A program made the translations under genes and the position numbers. From positions 91,024 to 155,023 of the forward strand of contig JAJZRL010000002.1 of the NCBI GenBank assembly GCA_021802705.1: a stretch of DNA of 64,000 nt. The letters run 5' to 3'. Origin of the DNA: a bacterium (GTDB taxonomy: Bacteria > Patescibacteriota > Minisyncoccia > Phycocordibacterales > Phycocordibacteraceae). How positions within the stretch are numbered: position 1 is the first letter of the stretch; every line of letters begins with the position of its first letter. Shown here piece after piece: positions 8,946-18,304 of the stretch. Under the pieces are notes generated by a model that saw only the letters and a list, made by a program, of their open reading frames with translations, was not told the origin of the DNA and did not search any database.

Positions 8946-10694
8946 CTATTCGGTTACGGCACGCAACACTTCTTCAAGGCTCGTAACCCCTCTCGCGGCT
9001 TTATAGAGCCCGTCTTCGAGCATCGTAAGCATCCCTTCTTTCTTCGCCTGTGTCTCGATAGCGTCGCTCGTGCTTGAGCGGAGTATGACTTCACGGATGG
9101 CGGAAGATACGGTGAGAACCTCGTGGATACCGATGCGGCTTTTATACCCGTCCTCGCATTCGGCTGACGGGACCGGACGGCAGAAGGGGAGCTCGTCGAG
9201 GCCAACCCCGTCTTTCACGAGCTTTTCTTCGCGGAGCGTCTTGAGCGCCGTCTCGAATTCCGCTTCGCTCGCGATTTTCGCTCGCATGCTTTTATCTACG
9301 GCGTACGTCTCTTTGTTCTCGCAAAGCTTCCTTACGAGCCTCTGTCCGATGATGACGCGGATAGTTGACACGAGAAGGAACGGCTCGACGCCCATATCAA
9401 TGAGACGCGGGATAGCTCCGGCGGCGCTATTGGTGTGTATGGTCGAGAGCACCAGGTGGCCGGTAAGCGCCGCGTTGATGGCGAGTGAAGCGGTCTCGCC
9501 GTCGCGGATCTCGCCGATCATGATGATGTTCGGATCCTGGCGCACGAGCGCACGCAACCCGTTCGCGAACGTGAGTCCTATCTGCGGATTCACCTGCGTC
9601 TGATTGATCCGTTTCATCTGGTATTCGATAGGATCTTCGATGGTCGATATGTTCACGTCCGGCCGGTTGAGGATATCGAGCATGGTGTAGAGCGTCGTCG
9701 TTTTCCCGCTTCCGGTCGGTCCTGAAATAAGGATGATGCCGGTCGTTTGCTTGAGCGCGTGATGGATGCGTTCCAGATTCTCCCCATGAAGGCCGAGCGC
9801 GTCGAGCGTAAAGCCCTCGCCGGTTTCCCGCAAAAGACGCATGACGATTTTCTCTCCGAAGAAAGTCGGAAGTATCGAGACGCGGAAAGAAACACGTTCC
9901 GCCTCGGTTTCCATCTTGAAGCGTCCGTCCTGCGGCAGACGTTTCTCATCGAGTTTCAGGTTCGAGAGCACCTTGATGCGCGCGACGATGCCGGCAGCCG
10001 CGACTCTCGGAAGCGTCATCGCGTCGTGAAGGATGCCGTCGATGCGGTAGCGTACGAGAACCTCGTCCTCCATCGGCTCGATATGGATATCCGAAGAGCC
10101 TTGCACGATAGCGTGTCGCAAGAGCGTATCGACGATGCGGACGATAGGAAGATCCTCAGCCATCTTCTTCAGGTCATCGCCGGAGAGATCCTTATCGCCA
10201 TCCGTAACGATGCGTATCTTCCCCGCCTCGGTCGAGATAATATCCCCGAATTCGTCCTTAAGGGATTTCTGGTACTGCAGGAGCGCGTGCTTGATGCCTT
10301 CCGTATCGGTCAGTCTCGGAAGAATCTTGAGGCTGGTTTTCTTGCGCACCGAGTCAATCGAGGCGAGGTCTTCGACATCGAGCATAGCCACTTCGAGATC
10401 GTTGTCAGTTTTCTTGAACGCGATGATGTTATGAGTCCGGGCGATCGGTTCAGGAATGAGCATGAGAACGTCGACGGGGATATGGTGTTCCTTCAGGTTT
10501 ACGAACGGGATGCCGAGGACGTATGCCTGGATGCGCCGCAATGCGTCTTCCGTGAGGGCACCCTGAGAGACGAGCAGGTCGCCGAGCGATTGCTCCCGCT
10601 GTTTTGCTTCGGCAGCGGCAGCATCGACGTCCTTCTTTGCGACGAGGCCCGAGTCAATGATGAACTCTTTTAATTCTCCTTCCGAAACGTGCAT
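8946..10694 (-). CDS. pilB: type IV pilus assembly ATPase PilB (GspE family)
   Basis: 582 aa. GspE N-terminal domain, Walker A GPTGSGKTTTLY, Asp and His boxes. First gene of the operon. Confidence 0.9.
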   Translation of the reverse strand: MHVSEGELKEFIIDSGLVAKKDVDAAAAEAKQREQSLGDLLVSQGALTEDALRRIQAYVLGIPFVNLKEHHIPVDVLMLIPEPIARTHNIIAFKKTDNDLEVAMLDVEDLASIDSVRKKTSLKILPRLTDTEGIKHALLQYQKSLKDEFGDIISTEAGKIRIVTDGDKDLSGDDLKKMAEDLPIVRIVDTLLRHAIVQGSSDIHIEPMEDEVLVRYRIDGILHDAMTLPRVAAAGIVARIKVLSNLKLDEKRLPQDGRFKMETEAERVSFRVSILPTFFGEKIVMRLLRETGEGFTLDALGLHGENLERIHHALKQTTGIILISGPTGSGKTTTLYTMLDILNRPDVNISTIEDPIEYQMKRINQTQVNPQIGLTFANGLRALVRQDPNIIMIGEIRDGETASLAINAALTGHLVLSTIHTNSAAGAIPRLIDMGVEPFLLVSTIRVIIGQRLVRKLCENKETYAVDKSMRAKIASEAEFETALKTLREEKLVKDGVGLDELPFCRPVPSAECEDGYKSRIGIHEVLTVSSAIREVILRSSTSDAIETQAKKEGMLTMLEDGLYKAARGVTSLEEVLRAVTE

Positions 10695-10791
10695 ATCGTA
10701 CGGTTAAGTATATACCGCGCGGCGTTCCGTATGCCGCGCATAATACACATATATATTGAATAATCTTTCCCCTCCCCGCGTCTCCATGATC

Positions 10792-10810
10792 GGAAAGTCA
10801 GACTTTCCGG
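10792..10810. promoter_or_regulatory. perfect palindrome GGAAAGTC-A-GACTTTCC in the pilB/nusA divergent intergenic region (candidate operator)
   Basis: 8-bp arms with a 1-nt spacer, seen directly. A candidate -35 TTGACG (17 nt) -10 TATTCT pair lies at ~10840-10868 on the plus strand. Confidence 0.35.
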
Positions 10811-10961
10811 ATAAGTTCAATGGAATTATGGAATGGAGAGGTTGACGTATCGGGCGGTTTCCGGTATTCTGTACGTATCTGAAATGTCCGCGCTGCGGGC
10901 ATTTTTGTTAGGAAGACCGCGTATAAAATAGGTAATTAAGATATACCCTATCCCACACCAT

Positions 10962-12326
10962 ATGATTGATCTCAAAACCATGAGTGCCGTGCTTGGTGAG
11001 TTCGAGAACCGAGGCATAGGCCGTGAAACCATGATTAACGCTATCGAGAGCGCGATGGCAACCGCCTATAAGCGCGAATATGGCAAGCGCGGGCAAGTCG
11101 TGCGAGCGAAACTCGATCTCAATACGGGGACCATATCTTTCGAGCAGGTGAAATCCGTCGTTGACGAGACGACCGTCCGTTTCCCTGCCGAGGGCGAGGT
11201 GATCGAGGAGCACGCGCATCCGCACGCTTTTCCTCACGGCGAGGAGGAACCGGTCGAAGAAGGGGAGCTTCCGCGTTTCGATCCTGAAAAACACATACTC
11301 CTCGATGATGCGAAGCGCATGAAGCGGGGCGCAAGCTTGGGCGAGGAAATCGTCTTTGCGCTCGAACCGCAGGACGATTTCGGCCGTATCGCCGCACAGA
11401 CCGCGAAGCAAGTCGTCATTCAGAAGGTCCGCGAAGCGGAAAAGCTTTCGATGATGGAGGAATTCGGCGAAAAGAAAGGAGAAATCGTAAGCGGTATCGT
11501 GCAGCGCGTAGAACGCGGAGCGATATTCGTCGATCTCGGACGTACGACCGGACTTATCCCGTATGAAGAGCAGATACCGGGCGAGCGATACCGCATGGGC
11601 GAACGCATCCGCGCGTACCTGTATGCCGTGGACGAAGGGTTCCGCGGCGTCTATCTCAGGCTTTCGCGCGCCCACCCGCTTTTCGTCGTAAAGCTTTTCG
11701 AGCTTGAAGCGCCCGAGCTGGCTTCGGGAGCCATTGAAGTGAAAGCGCTTGCGCGCGAACCGGGAAGCCGCACCAAGATCGCGCTCGCGTCCCTTGATCC
11801 GCACGTCGATCCGGTCGGTTCCCTGGTCGGTCAGCGCGGCGTGCGCGTTTCCACGGTCATGGGCGAGCTTGGCGGCGAACGCATCGACGTTATCGAATGG
11901 AACGAGGATCCGAAAGAGTTCGTAAAAGAAGCGCTCTCCCCTGCCATCCCGCTCAGTATCGATCTTGACGAGGGCGAGCATCGCGCGATAGCAACGGTTT
12001 CTGAGGACGAACAGTCGCTCGCGATCGGCCGCGGCGGGCAGAACGTCCGGCTTGCCGCAAAACTTACCGGATGGAATATCGATATCGTTTCGGCAAAAGG
12101 CAACGAAATAGCCGAATCCGACGGCGAATCGGTCGAGATCGCTTCAGCTGACGAGGATCCGGCCGAAGCGGCGGGGGTTATGCCGGTCGAGAGCGTCGAG
12201 GTCGTTACGGAAGAAGCCCGCCAGAAAACCAGTCTTCCTGCCGAAGAAGAGCTCGTCGAGCTCCCCTCTTCCGACGAGACCGTCGCCGATGCGGAAGAAG
12301 ACCGCGACCCGTCGAAAGACGAATGA
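10962..12326 (+). CDS. nusA: transcription termination/antitermination factor NusA
   Basis: N-terminal ...MINAIESAMATAYKREYG, S1 and KH regions, acidic C-terminal tail. Confidence 0.9.
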   Translation: MIDLKTMSAVLGEFENRGIGRETMINAIESAMATAYKREYGKRGQVVRAKLDLNTGTISFEQVKSVVDETTVRFPAEGEVIEEHAHPHAFPHGEEEPVEEGELPRFDPEKHILLDDAKRMKRGASLGEEIVFALEPQDDFGRIAAQTAKQVVIQKVREAEKLSMMEEFGEKKGEIVSGIVQRVERGAIFVDLGRTTGLIPYEEQIPGERYRMGERIRAYLYAVDEGFRGVYLRLSRAHPLFVVKLFELEAPELASGAIEVKALAREPGSRTKIALASLDPHVDPVGSLVGQRGVRVSTVMGELGGERIDVIEWNEDPKEFVKEALSPAIPLSIDLDEGEHRAIATVSEDEQSLAIGRGGQNVRLAAKLTGWNIDIVSAKGNEIAESDGESVEIASADEDPAEAAGVMPVESVEVVTEEARQKTSLPAEEELVELPSSDETVADAEEDRDPSKDE

Positions 12327-12387
12327 TCAGTATTGTATACTTGGCCAGTATCGCGTTACACGACGATGCTTAAGAAAAGATAACCGT

Positions 12388-12912
12388 ATGAACCTCCTTC
12401 ACGATATCGATCCGGGCACGAAAGAAGAGATCAGCGTCATCATCGAGATCCCGAAAGGTTCTCACAACAAGTACGAGATCGATAAGAAGACGGGCGTTAT
12501 AAAGCTTGATCGCGTCATGCACAGCGCGCAAGACTATCCTTTTGATTACGGCTTCGTACCGAGGACGCTCTGGGATGACGGCGACGCTCTCGATGTCGTC
12601 GTGCTCACCACATATCCGCTCGCTCCCGGCATCCTTGTTCCCGCTCGCCCGATAGGCATCATGCATATGACCGATGGCGGCGAAGCCGACGAGAAGGTCA
12701 TCGCTGTCGCTTCCGGCGACCCGCGTTTTGCGGAGGTGGACGACATATCCGCCGCAAACCAGCACGTGCTGAAGGAAATAGCTCATTTTTTCGCGACCTA
12801 TAAGCAGATCCAGAAGAAAGAGGTCGCGGTTGGCGAGTTCGAAGGCCGTGCTGCCGCGGAGGCGGCATATGTCCGGGCGCGAAAATTGTACGACGACGCT
12901 CACAAGGCCTGA
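12388..12912 (+). CDS. ppa: inorganic pyrophosphatase
   Basis: MNLLHDIDPG...EIPKGSHNKYEID...DALDVVVL. Start trimmed to the ATG at 12388. Confidence 0.9.
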   Translation: MNLLHDIDPGTKEEISVIIEIPKGSHNKYEIDKKTGVIKLDRVMHSAQDYPFDYGFVPRTLWDDGDALDVVVLTTYPLAPGILVPARPIGIMHMTDGGEADEKVIAVASGDPRFAEVDDISAANQHVLKEIAHFFATYKQIQKKEVAVGEFEGRAAAEAAYVRARKLYDDAHKA

Positions 12913-13100
12913 TGGATAACGAAACGAACATGAATGAGAAACCACCTCTTCTGTCCGGAACGCCGTCGCCGAAAGCGCAATCGTGGGGCGTGCTCATCTC
13001 GATCGTAGTCATCGTGCTCATGATCGTCATCGGAGCGTTCTATTCTTGGCAGAAGAGAGTCGCCGAGAACCGCGCGCTTATCACGAATGCCGCCCGATGA
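12912..13100 (+). CDS. small single-pass membrane protein (hypothetical)
   Basis: 62 aa with one clear TM helix (VLISIVVIVLMIVIGAFY). Its ATG overlaps the ppa stop (TGATG), suggesting translational coupling. Confidence 0.4.
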   Translation: MDNETNMNEKPPLLSGTPSPKAQSWGVLISIVVIVLMIVIGAFYSWQKRVAENRALITNAAR

Positions 13101-13129
13101 CCCTTTAACCGACTAAGCAGTACGTAACC

Positions 13130-13732
13130 ATGTATAAAAATACCCAACCGCATGCCTCGATGCTCGTCCCCATGGTCGTGGAGAAAAGCCAGTTCGGAGA
13201 GCGTGCTTACGACATCTATTCGCGCCTCTTGAAAGAACGTGTCGTATTCCTTGGCGGGCCTATAGATGATGATGTCGCAAACCTTGTCATCGCCCAGCTT
13301 CTCTTTCTGGAAGCGGAAGATCCGAAAAAGGACATATCGCTCTACATAAACTCGCCGGGCGGTTCGGTTACCTCGACGCTCGCTATGGTCGACACGATGA
13401 ATCACGTAAAACCTCCGGTTTCGACCGTTTGTGTCGGCATGGCCGCCTCAGGAGCCGCTATCCTGCTGTCTGCAGGGGAGAAGGGGAAACGCTTCTCTCT
13501 CCCGAATGCCGAAGTCATGATCCATCAGCCTCACGGCGGCGCCGAAGGGCAGGCGACCGATATCGAGATAACCGCAAAACAGATTCTGAAGCTGCGCGAG
13601 CGGCTCAACAGGATTCTTGCGAAAAATACCGGCCAGCCGTTCGAGAAAATCGAGAAAGACGTCGAACGCGACTTTTTCATGACGGCGGACGAGGCGAAAA
13701 AGTACGGCCTTGTCGATCACGTCTACAAATAG
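13130..13732 (+). CDS. clpP: ATP-dependent Clp protease proteolytic subunit
   Basis: [30 protein letters not shown]...SPGGSVTS...MIHQPHGG. Confidence 0.95.
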   Translation: MYKNTQPHASMLVPMVVEKSQFGERAYDIYSRLLKERVVFLGGPIDDDVANLVIAQLLFLEAEDPKKDISLYINSPGGSVTSTLAMVDTMNHVKPPVSTVCVGMAASGAAILLSAGEKGKRFSLPNAEVMIHQPHGGAEGQATDIEITAKQILKLRERLNRILAKNTGQPFEKIEKDVERDFFMTADEAKKYGLVDHVYK

Positions 13733-13751
13733 AACGATGACAGGATAGGGG

Positions 13752-13782
13752 AAGCGGGCAGCGAAGCGCCGCCCGCTTTTTC
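13752..13782 (+). terminator. rho-independent terminator after clpP
   Basis: agcgggc...gcccgc hairpin followed by TTTTT. Confidence 0.6.
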
Positions 13783-13886
13783 ATGGTACAGTCCCTTCAC
13801 TCCCGCCCTGCTGTCCCCTGTATGCCAGAATCCGTCTGTCCGCCTCACTGCTCCTCGCTTTATTCCCCGATGGAGATATCCCTACC

Positions 13887-15416
13887 ATGTCACTCAATAT
13901 CATACTGATACTACTCGCGCTGAGCGGCGTTGGCGGCGTCGTGCTCGGGTATGTCTTGCGTGTCCTTATCGGGCTTGCGCAGCGCGGTTCGGTCGAGCTC
14001 GACATCAAACAAAAGCTGCTTCAGGCAAAGGAACAGGTTGCGAAGATGCTCGCGGATGCGGAATACCGAAGCGCCGTCATCGAGACGGAACGCCTCGCGC
14101 CTCTCGAGGATCGCGAGGGGAAGATCGTCGCGCGCGAGGAACGTCTTGCTTCGCGTGAAGAGTTCCTCGACTCCCGCCAGCGGGACCTCGACGAGAAAGA
14201 GAATGAGATACGCGCGCGCGAACAGGAAGCGGTGCATACGACGCGCAAGGCGGAAGGCCTTATCACCGAACGCTCGAAAGAGCTCGCACGGATCGCCCAT
14301 ATTTCGGAGGCGGCGGCGCGCGAGGAGCTTTTCTCCGAAATAGAACGTTCCTACGAAGAAGCGATCCTCTTGCGGTTGCAGAAGCTTGCCGCAAACGGGC
14401 GGGAACGCCTTGAAGATAAGGCTCGCTCGATCCTCGTATCGGCTATCCATCGTCTCGGGAACGCGGTGAACGCCGAGGTCATGTCGCTTTCCGTCACGCT
14501 CCCCTCCGAAGAGATGAAGGGGAAGATAATCGGCAAAGAAGGCCGCAACATCAAAGCATTCGAACGCGCGACGGGCGTCGATGTCCTTATCGACGACGCG
14601 CCGGACAAGATAACGCTCTCTTCTTTCGACCCGCTCCGGCGGGCTGTCGCGAAATCCGCGCTCGAAAAGCTCATCGCCGATGGGCGCATACAGCCGGTCA
14701 AGATAGAGGAAACGGTCAAGAAGACACAGGATGAGATAGCGGATATCGTAAGACAGAAAGGAGAAGCGGCGGCGTACGAAGCCGGGGTCATCGGTCTCGA
14801 CCCGAAGCTTACGGCGCTTCTCGGCCGTCTCTATTTCCGCACGAGCTATGGCCAGAACGTCCTCCAGCACTCGATCGAGATGGCACATATCGCCAACATG
14901 CTCGCAACGGAGCTCGGTGCCGATGCCGCTGTCGCCCGCGCCGGAGCCCTGCTGCACGATATCGGCAAGGCAGTCGATCACGAAGTGCAAGGCACGCACG
15001 TTGAAATCGGGCGCCGGATCCTTGAAAAGTTCGGCGTCGATACGCGAATCATCCAAGCGATGCAATCGCATCACGAGGAGTATCCGTACGAAACGCCGGA
15101 AGCGGTTATCGTGCAGGTGGCAGATGCGATATCCGCCGGACGTCCCGGAGCTCGTCGGGATACCGTCGACCGCTATCTCGAGCGCCTCGGCGATCTCGAG
15201 CGCCTCGCCGGAATGTTCGAAGGAGTCGAAAAAGTCTACGCCATATCCGCCGGGCGTGAGATACGCGTCTTTGTAAATCCCGGAAAGGTCTCCGACATCG
15301 CCATGCATACGCTTGCGCGCGACATCGCGATGCGCATACAGGCTGAAGTGAAATATCCGGGGGAGATAAAAGTGAATATCATTCGCGAAAACAGGGTCGT
15401 GGAATTCGCGCGCTGA
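13887..15416 (+). CDS. rny: ribonuclease Y
   Basis: N-terminal TM, coiled coil, KH domain (GKIIGKEGRNIK) and HD domain (LLHDIGK). The 465-aa antisense ORF is rejected. Confidence 0.9.
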   Translation: MSLNIILILLALSGVGGVVLGYVLRVLIGLAQRGSVELDIKQKLLQAKEQVAKMLADAEYRSAVIETERLAPLEDREGKIVAREERLASREEFLDSRQRDLDEKENEIRAREQEAVHTTRKAEGLITERSKELARIAHISEAAAREELFSEIERSYEEAILLRLQKLAANGRERLEDKARSILVSAIHRLGNAVNAEVMSLSVTLPSEEMKGKIIGKEGRNIKAFERATGVDVLIDDAPDKITLSSFDPLRRAVAKSALEKLIADGRIQPVKIEETVKKTQDEIADIVRQKGEAAAYEAGVIGLDPKLTALLGRLYFRTSYGQNVLQHSIEMAHIANMLATELGADAAVARAGALLHDIGKAVDHEVQGTHVEIGRRILEKFGVDTRIIQAMQSHHEEYPYETPEAVIVQVADAISAGRPGARRDTVDRYLERLGDLERLAGMFEGVEKVYAISAGREIRVFVNPGKVSDIAMHTLARDIAMRIQAEVKYPGEIKVNIIRENRVVEFAR

Positions 15417-15464
15417 AACAAAAATCGTGATTTTGCGCTATCCACGCTATCCTGACAAGCCCTA

Positions 15465-15492
15465 TTGCGCAAAACGGCTTATTTCCTATACT
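15465..15492 (+). promoter_or_regulatory. sigma70-like promoter upstream of hup (TTGCGC-16 nt-TATACT)
   Basis: Hexamers and spacing read directly from the sequence. Confidence 0.45.
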
Positions 15493-15551
15493 TTGCCGCA
15501 TACCCGCTTCGCCCACACGAGCCCCGCGGGGTTAGCAATTAGCACATACTC

Positions 15552-15824
15552 ATGAATAAAGCAGATATCATCGAAAAGGTGCACGGCGTTCTCGGCACCA
15601 CAAAGGCGGACGCGGAGCGTGCCGTTGAAACGGTCATAGACTCTATCGTTTCCGGCCTCAAGTCCGGCGATGAGGTTTCAATCGCAGGTCTCGGCATCTT
15701 TGCGACGAAAGCCCGTCCCGCCCGCGAAGGCCGCAACCCTCGTACCGGCGAAACCATCCGCATCGCTGCTTCTCGCACGGCGAAATTCCGCCCTGCGAAA
15801 GCCCTGAAGGATGCGGTAAAATAA
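15552..15824 (+). CDS. hup: DNA-binding protein HU
   Basis: MNKADIIEKV...GLGIFATKARPAREGRNPRTGE. Confidence 0.95.
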   Translation: MNKADIIEKVHGVLGTTKADAERAVETVIDSIVSGLKSGDEVSIAGLGIFATKARPAREGRNPRTGETIRIAASRTAKFRPAKALKDAVK

Positions 15825-15852
15825 GGAGGAACGCCCCCTATTTTCCTAGTCA

Positions 15853-15893
15853 GAGACGGCACAATCCCTAGGGATGTGCCGTCTCGTTTTCTT
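15853..15893. terminator. bidirectional intrinsic terminator between hup (+) and the convergent 684-aa gene (-)
   Basis: gagacggcaca...tgtgccgtctc stem followed by TTTTCTTT. Confidence 0.6.
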
Positions 15894-15935
15894 TCCTGAT
15901 GGGGGCCCATCATCCGAGAGACGTATTTTGAACTT

Positions 15936-17990
15936 TCAGTCGAGAATGTCTCCGTATTTCTTTGCCAATTCCTCCTCTCTTAATCGTCTTTGCTCCATCC
16001 TTTTTGCCGTCGTTTCAGGACTACGGAATCCCTCGATATGTTTTGTTACCGGTTCAAGTGTCTCCCCTTTTATCTTGCGCAACCATTTATCCGAATTAAT
16101 TCCCTCATCAAATTCGACATCAAACTTAAGATACCCTTCCTTACTGGGGTTGGAAAAATGGAGACGCTTGATTCTCTCGATGGGTCGCGTCGGAGCAATC
16201 ACGTCAGCTTGCGTCATCTTATCCGCGAAAACTTCAGCGATACCAAAATCGCCTCCTGTCGAGCACGAGTTGAAGACGAACGTCGGTTTTTCGACAAAAA
16301 AGCCGTGGACGGCGCGCACCGTTCCCTTACCCTCTAGAATTTCCCCTATAGTGAGACTGGCGATATTGCCGATTTTTCTCGAATCACCCAGATCGATTGA
16401 GTCGATTGAGCCGTGCCCTCCTATGATTGCATAGGATATCTTGTGCTTATCCCCGTATAGCTTGTTTGCCGTGAGAAGCTTTTTCGCGACATCGATCCTA
16501 CTCCCCGCTTCAAAGACACGCACCTGATAGCTGGCCGCCTTGTTATCATGAGCAAAATCTGTCAAGACCGTTTTTTCCGTTTCGTTGAAAAATGCACCGT
16601 TATGGTCCGCTCGAGGATACATGATGATGCCATAAGGGCCCTCCGTATTATTCAGATTGTCATACTGGTCTATGAGGAGTTGCGTCGGATACCGACCGTA
16701 CGTTTGTATGCCGAAGGTTCCGGAAAGGATTTTTACTGCTTCAGGCCTCTCTGCGGCGACCTCAAGTGCAGCTCGGGCGTTCTTTCTGAGGAAAACATTC
16801 TTCTCCCCTTCCTTGCACGACCCGTTTACGGCAGAAAGGAACTCCTCCGGATTAAGGCCGATATCTTGGAAAAGATGCTTGCAAAATTCTCTATTTTCAT
16901 TGCGAACGGAACCGACAATCCCTGGACCTTCTGCGTTTTCATCCCATTCTGAGAGGAGGTCGTCTGACGTGAACGAAGATTCGAGGAGTGTATTGAGAGC
17001 GGTATCAAGACACGCTTCGTGCGGATTGCTAACCTTGCGGTCAAGAAGGAGGATTCTCACGATTTCCCTTGCAACGCGTGATGAGTCCTCTCTCCCGCTT
17101 GAGAGCACCGCATTGACGTATCTGTCGATGTGGTCGAGGGCCTCACGCCCCGTACCGTGCGAGTCCTTCACCTTCCCGATGAATTCCGGAAGCGCGGATA
17201 CGCTTCCTTCGATGCTGGCGAGCGCTTGGTCGTGCCAATCCGACATTCCTTTCTTGTGCATGCGTTCCTTCCCTTCTTCAAGAAGCTGGACGATGAGCTC
17301 GGTGGATCTCTCTACATCCTCCCCTGTGTCAAAACCGAAGCGCGGGGAGATGTCCTCGATATGGCTCTGCACGAAGTTGCATATTTCGCCCGTGAACGCC
17401 TTACCGACATCCGTGAACTCCTTGCCTGCCGCCCGCTCCCGTAATGAAAGGAGTAGATTTAGGGCCTCTCCCCGCAAAACAGGATCATCGAGCGCCTTGT
17501 CAATGTCTCGGACGGAACTCTCAAACGTCTTAAGGGCTTTGCGCTTCTCAACAGCCTCGAAAGGCTTTCTCATGAAGGAAGATATTTTACTGCGGGGAGC
17601 ATCTGTATCCACTCGATCGATTACGGAAAAGCCGGCATTGCGGACGGCGTCGAGCGACGCTTTCACACGCTCGCGCTCTTCGGTGGACAGATCAGACTCC
17701 GTTCTTTTCGTCTCCATCGACCGGGCCGCTTGGACTTCTTGAACAAATTCTTCCTCCGCCCTCTTCGCTTCAACATGAAGGAGGTCGATTCCCACACGAT
17801 CCTCCGGATCGATAGCGGCTCCTATCTGTGCGGCACGCTGTTCGATTCGTGCTAGGTTTTCCTCCGTCTCGGTATCGAATCGTTCAACCTCTTGTCGCGC
17901 TTGTTCGACCATCTGTCCTGTTGATTCAACGGGCATTTCCCGGTAATCGCCCCGATTCGATTCGTGCCGTTCCGCTTGTTCGAATCTCAT
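15936..17990 (-). CDS. large hypothetical protein; charged/helical N-terminal two-thirds, C-terminal domain with caspase/CHAT-like (clan CD) His-Cys dyad
   Basis: 684 aa. The C-terminus has a hydrophobic strand plus HG (SYAIIGGHGS), then ~50 aa, then a hydrophobic strand plus SC (PTFVFNSCSTGG). Order and spacing match clan CD cysteine peptidases. GC is visibly lower than flanking genes (sampled stretches ~35-57%). Confidence 0.55.
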   Translation of the reverse strand: MRFEQAERHESNRGDYREMPVESTGQMVEQARQEVERFDTETEENLARIEQRAAQIGAAIDPEDRVGIDLLHVEAKRAEEEFVQEVQAARSMETKRTESDLSTEERERVKASLDAVRNAGFSVIDRVDTDAPRSKISSFMRKPFEAVEKRKALKTFESSVRDIDKALDDPVLRGEALNLLLSLRERAAGKEFTDVGKAFTGEICNFVQSHIEDISPRFGFDTGEDVERSTELIVQLLEEGKERMHKKGMSDWHDQALASIEGSVSALPEFIGKVKDSHGTGREALDHIDRYVNAVLSSGREDSSRVAREIVRILLLDRKVSNPHEACLDTALNTLLESSFTSDDLLSEWDENAEGPGIVGSVRNENREFCKHLFQDIGLNPEEFLSAVNGSCKEGEKNVFLRKNARAALEVAAERPEAVKILSGTFGIQTYGRYPTQLLIDQYDNLNNTEGPYGIIMYPRADHNGAFFNETEKTVLTDFAHDNKAASYQVRVFEAGSRIDVAKKLLTANKLYGDKHKISYAIIGGHGSIDSIDLGDSRKIGNIASLTIGEILEGKGTVRAVHGFFVEKPTFVFNSCSTGGDFGIAEVFADKMTQADVIAPTRPIERIKRLHFSNPSKEGYLKFDVEFDEGINSDKWLRKIKGETLEPVTKHIEGFRSPETTAKRMEQRRLREEELAKKYGDILD

Positions 17991-17994
17991 GGCC

Positions 17995-18186
17995 TCAATT
18001 TCTCCCGTATACCTGCAATCTGTTCTTTATCGAGCTTCTCCGACACTCGGGTGAAAATGCTGATTCGTTGGCGACGCAATTGAGACATCTTCCGGTCAAA
18101 GCTCGCTTTTGCAGCCGCATACACGTTTTCTGGCATGGCCACAGTATACAACTCTTCGTGGACGCTTCGATCATCCGAAATGGCAC
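17995..18186 (-). CDS. small Cys-rich ORF immediately upstream of the 684-aa gene (doubtful)
   Basis: 59-63 aa with 7 Cys. Ends 4 nt before the 684-aa gene's ATG. No convincing RBS. The GTG start abuts the tRNA 3' end. Confidence 0.2.
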   Translation of the reverse strand: MPFRMIEASTKSCILWPCQKTCMRLQKRALTGRCLNCVANESAFSPECRRSSIKNRLQVYGRN

Positions 18187-18193
18187 TAACCGG

Positions 18194-18264
18194 TGCGGGC
18201 GGGGAGAATCGAACTCCCGATTACTGCTTGGAAGGCAGTCGTTTTACCACTAAACCACGCCCGC
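18194..18264 (-). tRNA. tRNA-Gly (anticodon TCC)
   Basis: Hand-folded: acceptor GCGGGCG/CGCCCGC, D-stem GTTT/AAAC, anticodon stem ACTGC/GCAGT with loop CTTCCAA, T-arm GGGAG-TTCGATT-CTCCC. CCA is not encoded. Confidence 0.75.
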
Positions 18265-18304
18265 ATAGTGCGAGAATACCATTTTTAAGATAGCGTAGGT
18301 ATAC

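Noticed and set aside
8175-8986. Plus-strand ORFs (85-216 aa) inside the pilC region
   Set aside because: Antisense to a well-supported GspF-family gene. Thr/Arg-rich junk.
13911-15308. 465-aa minus-strand ORF antisense to rny
   Set aside because: Arg/Leu/Asp-rich junk translation. The plus strand carries unmistakable RNase Y KH and HD motifs.
16657-17742. 361-aa plus-strand ORF inside the 684-aa gene region
   Set aside because: Ser-rich antisense translation. The minus-strand frame is longer and has a coherent domain organisation and an RBS.
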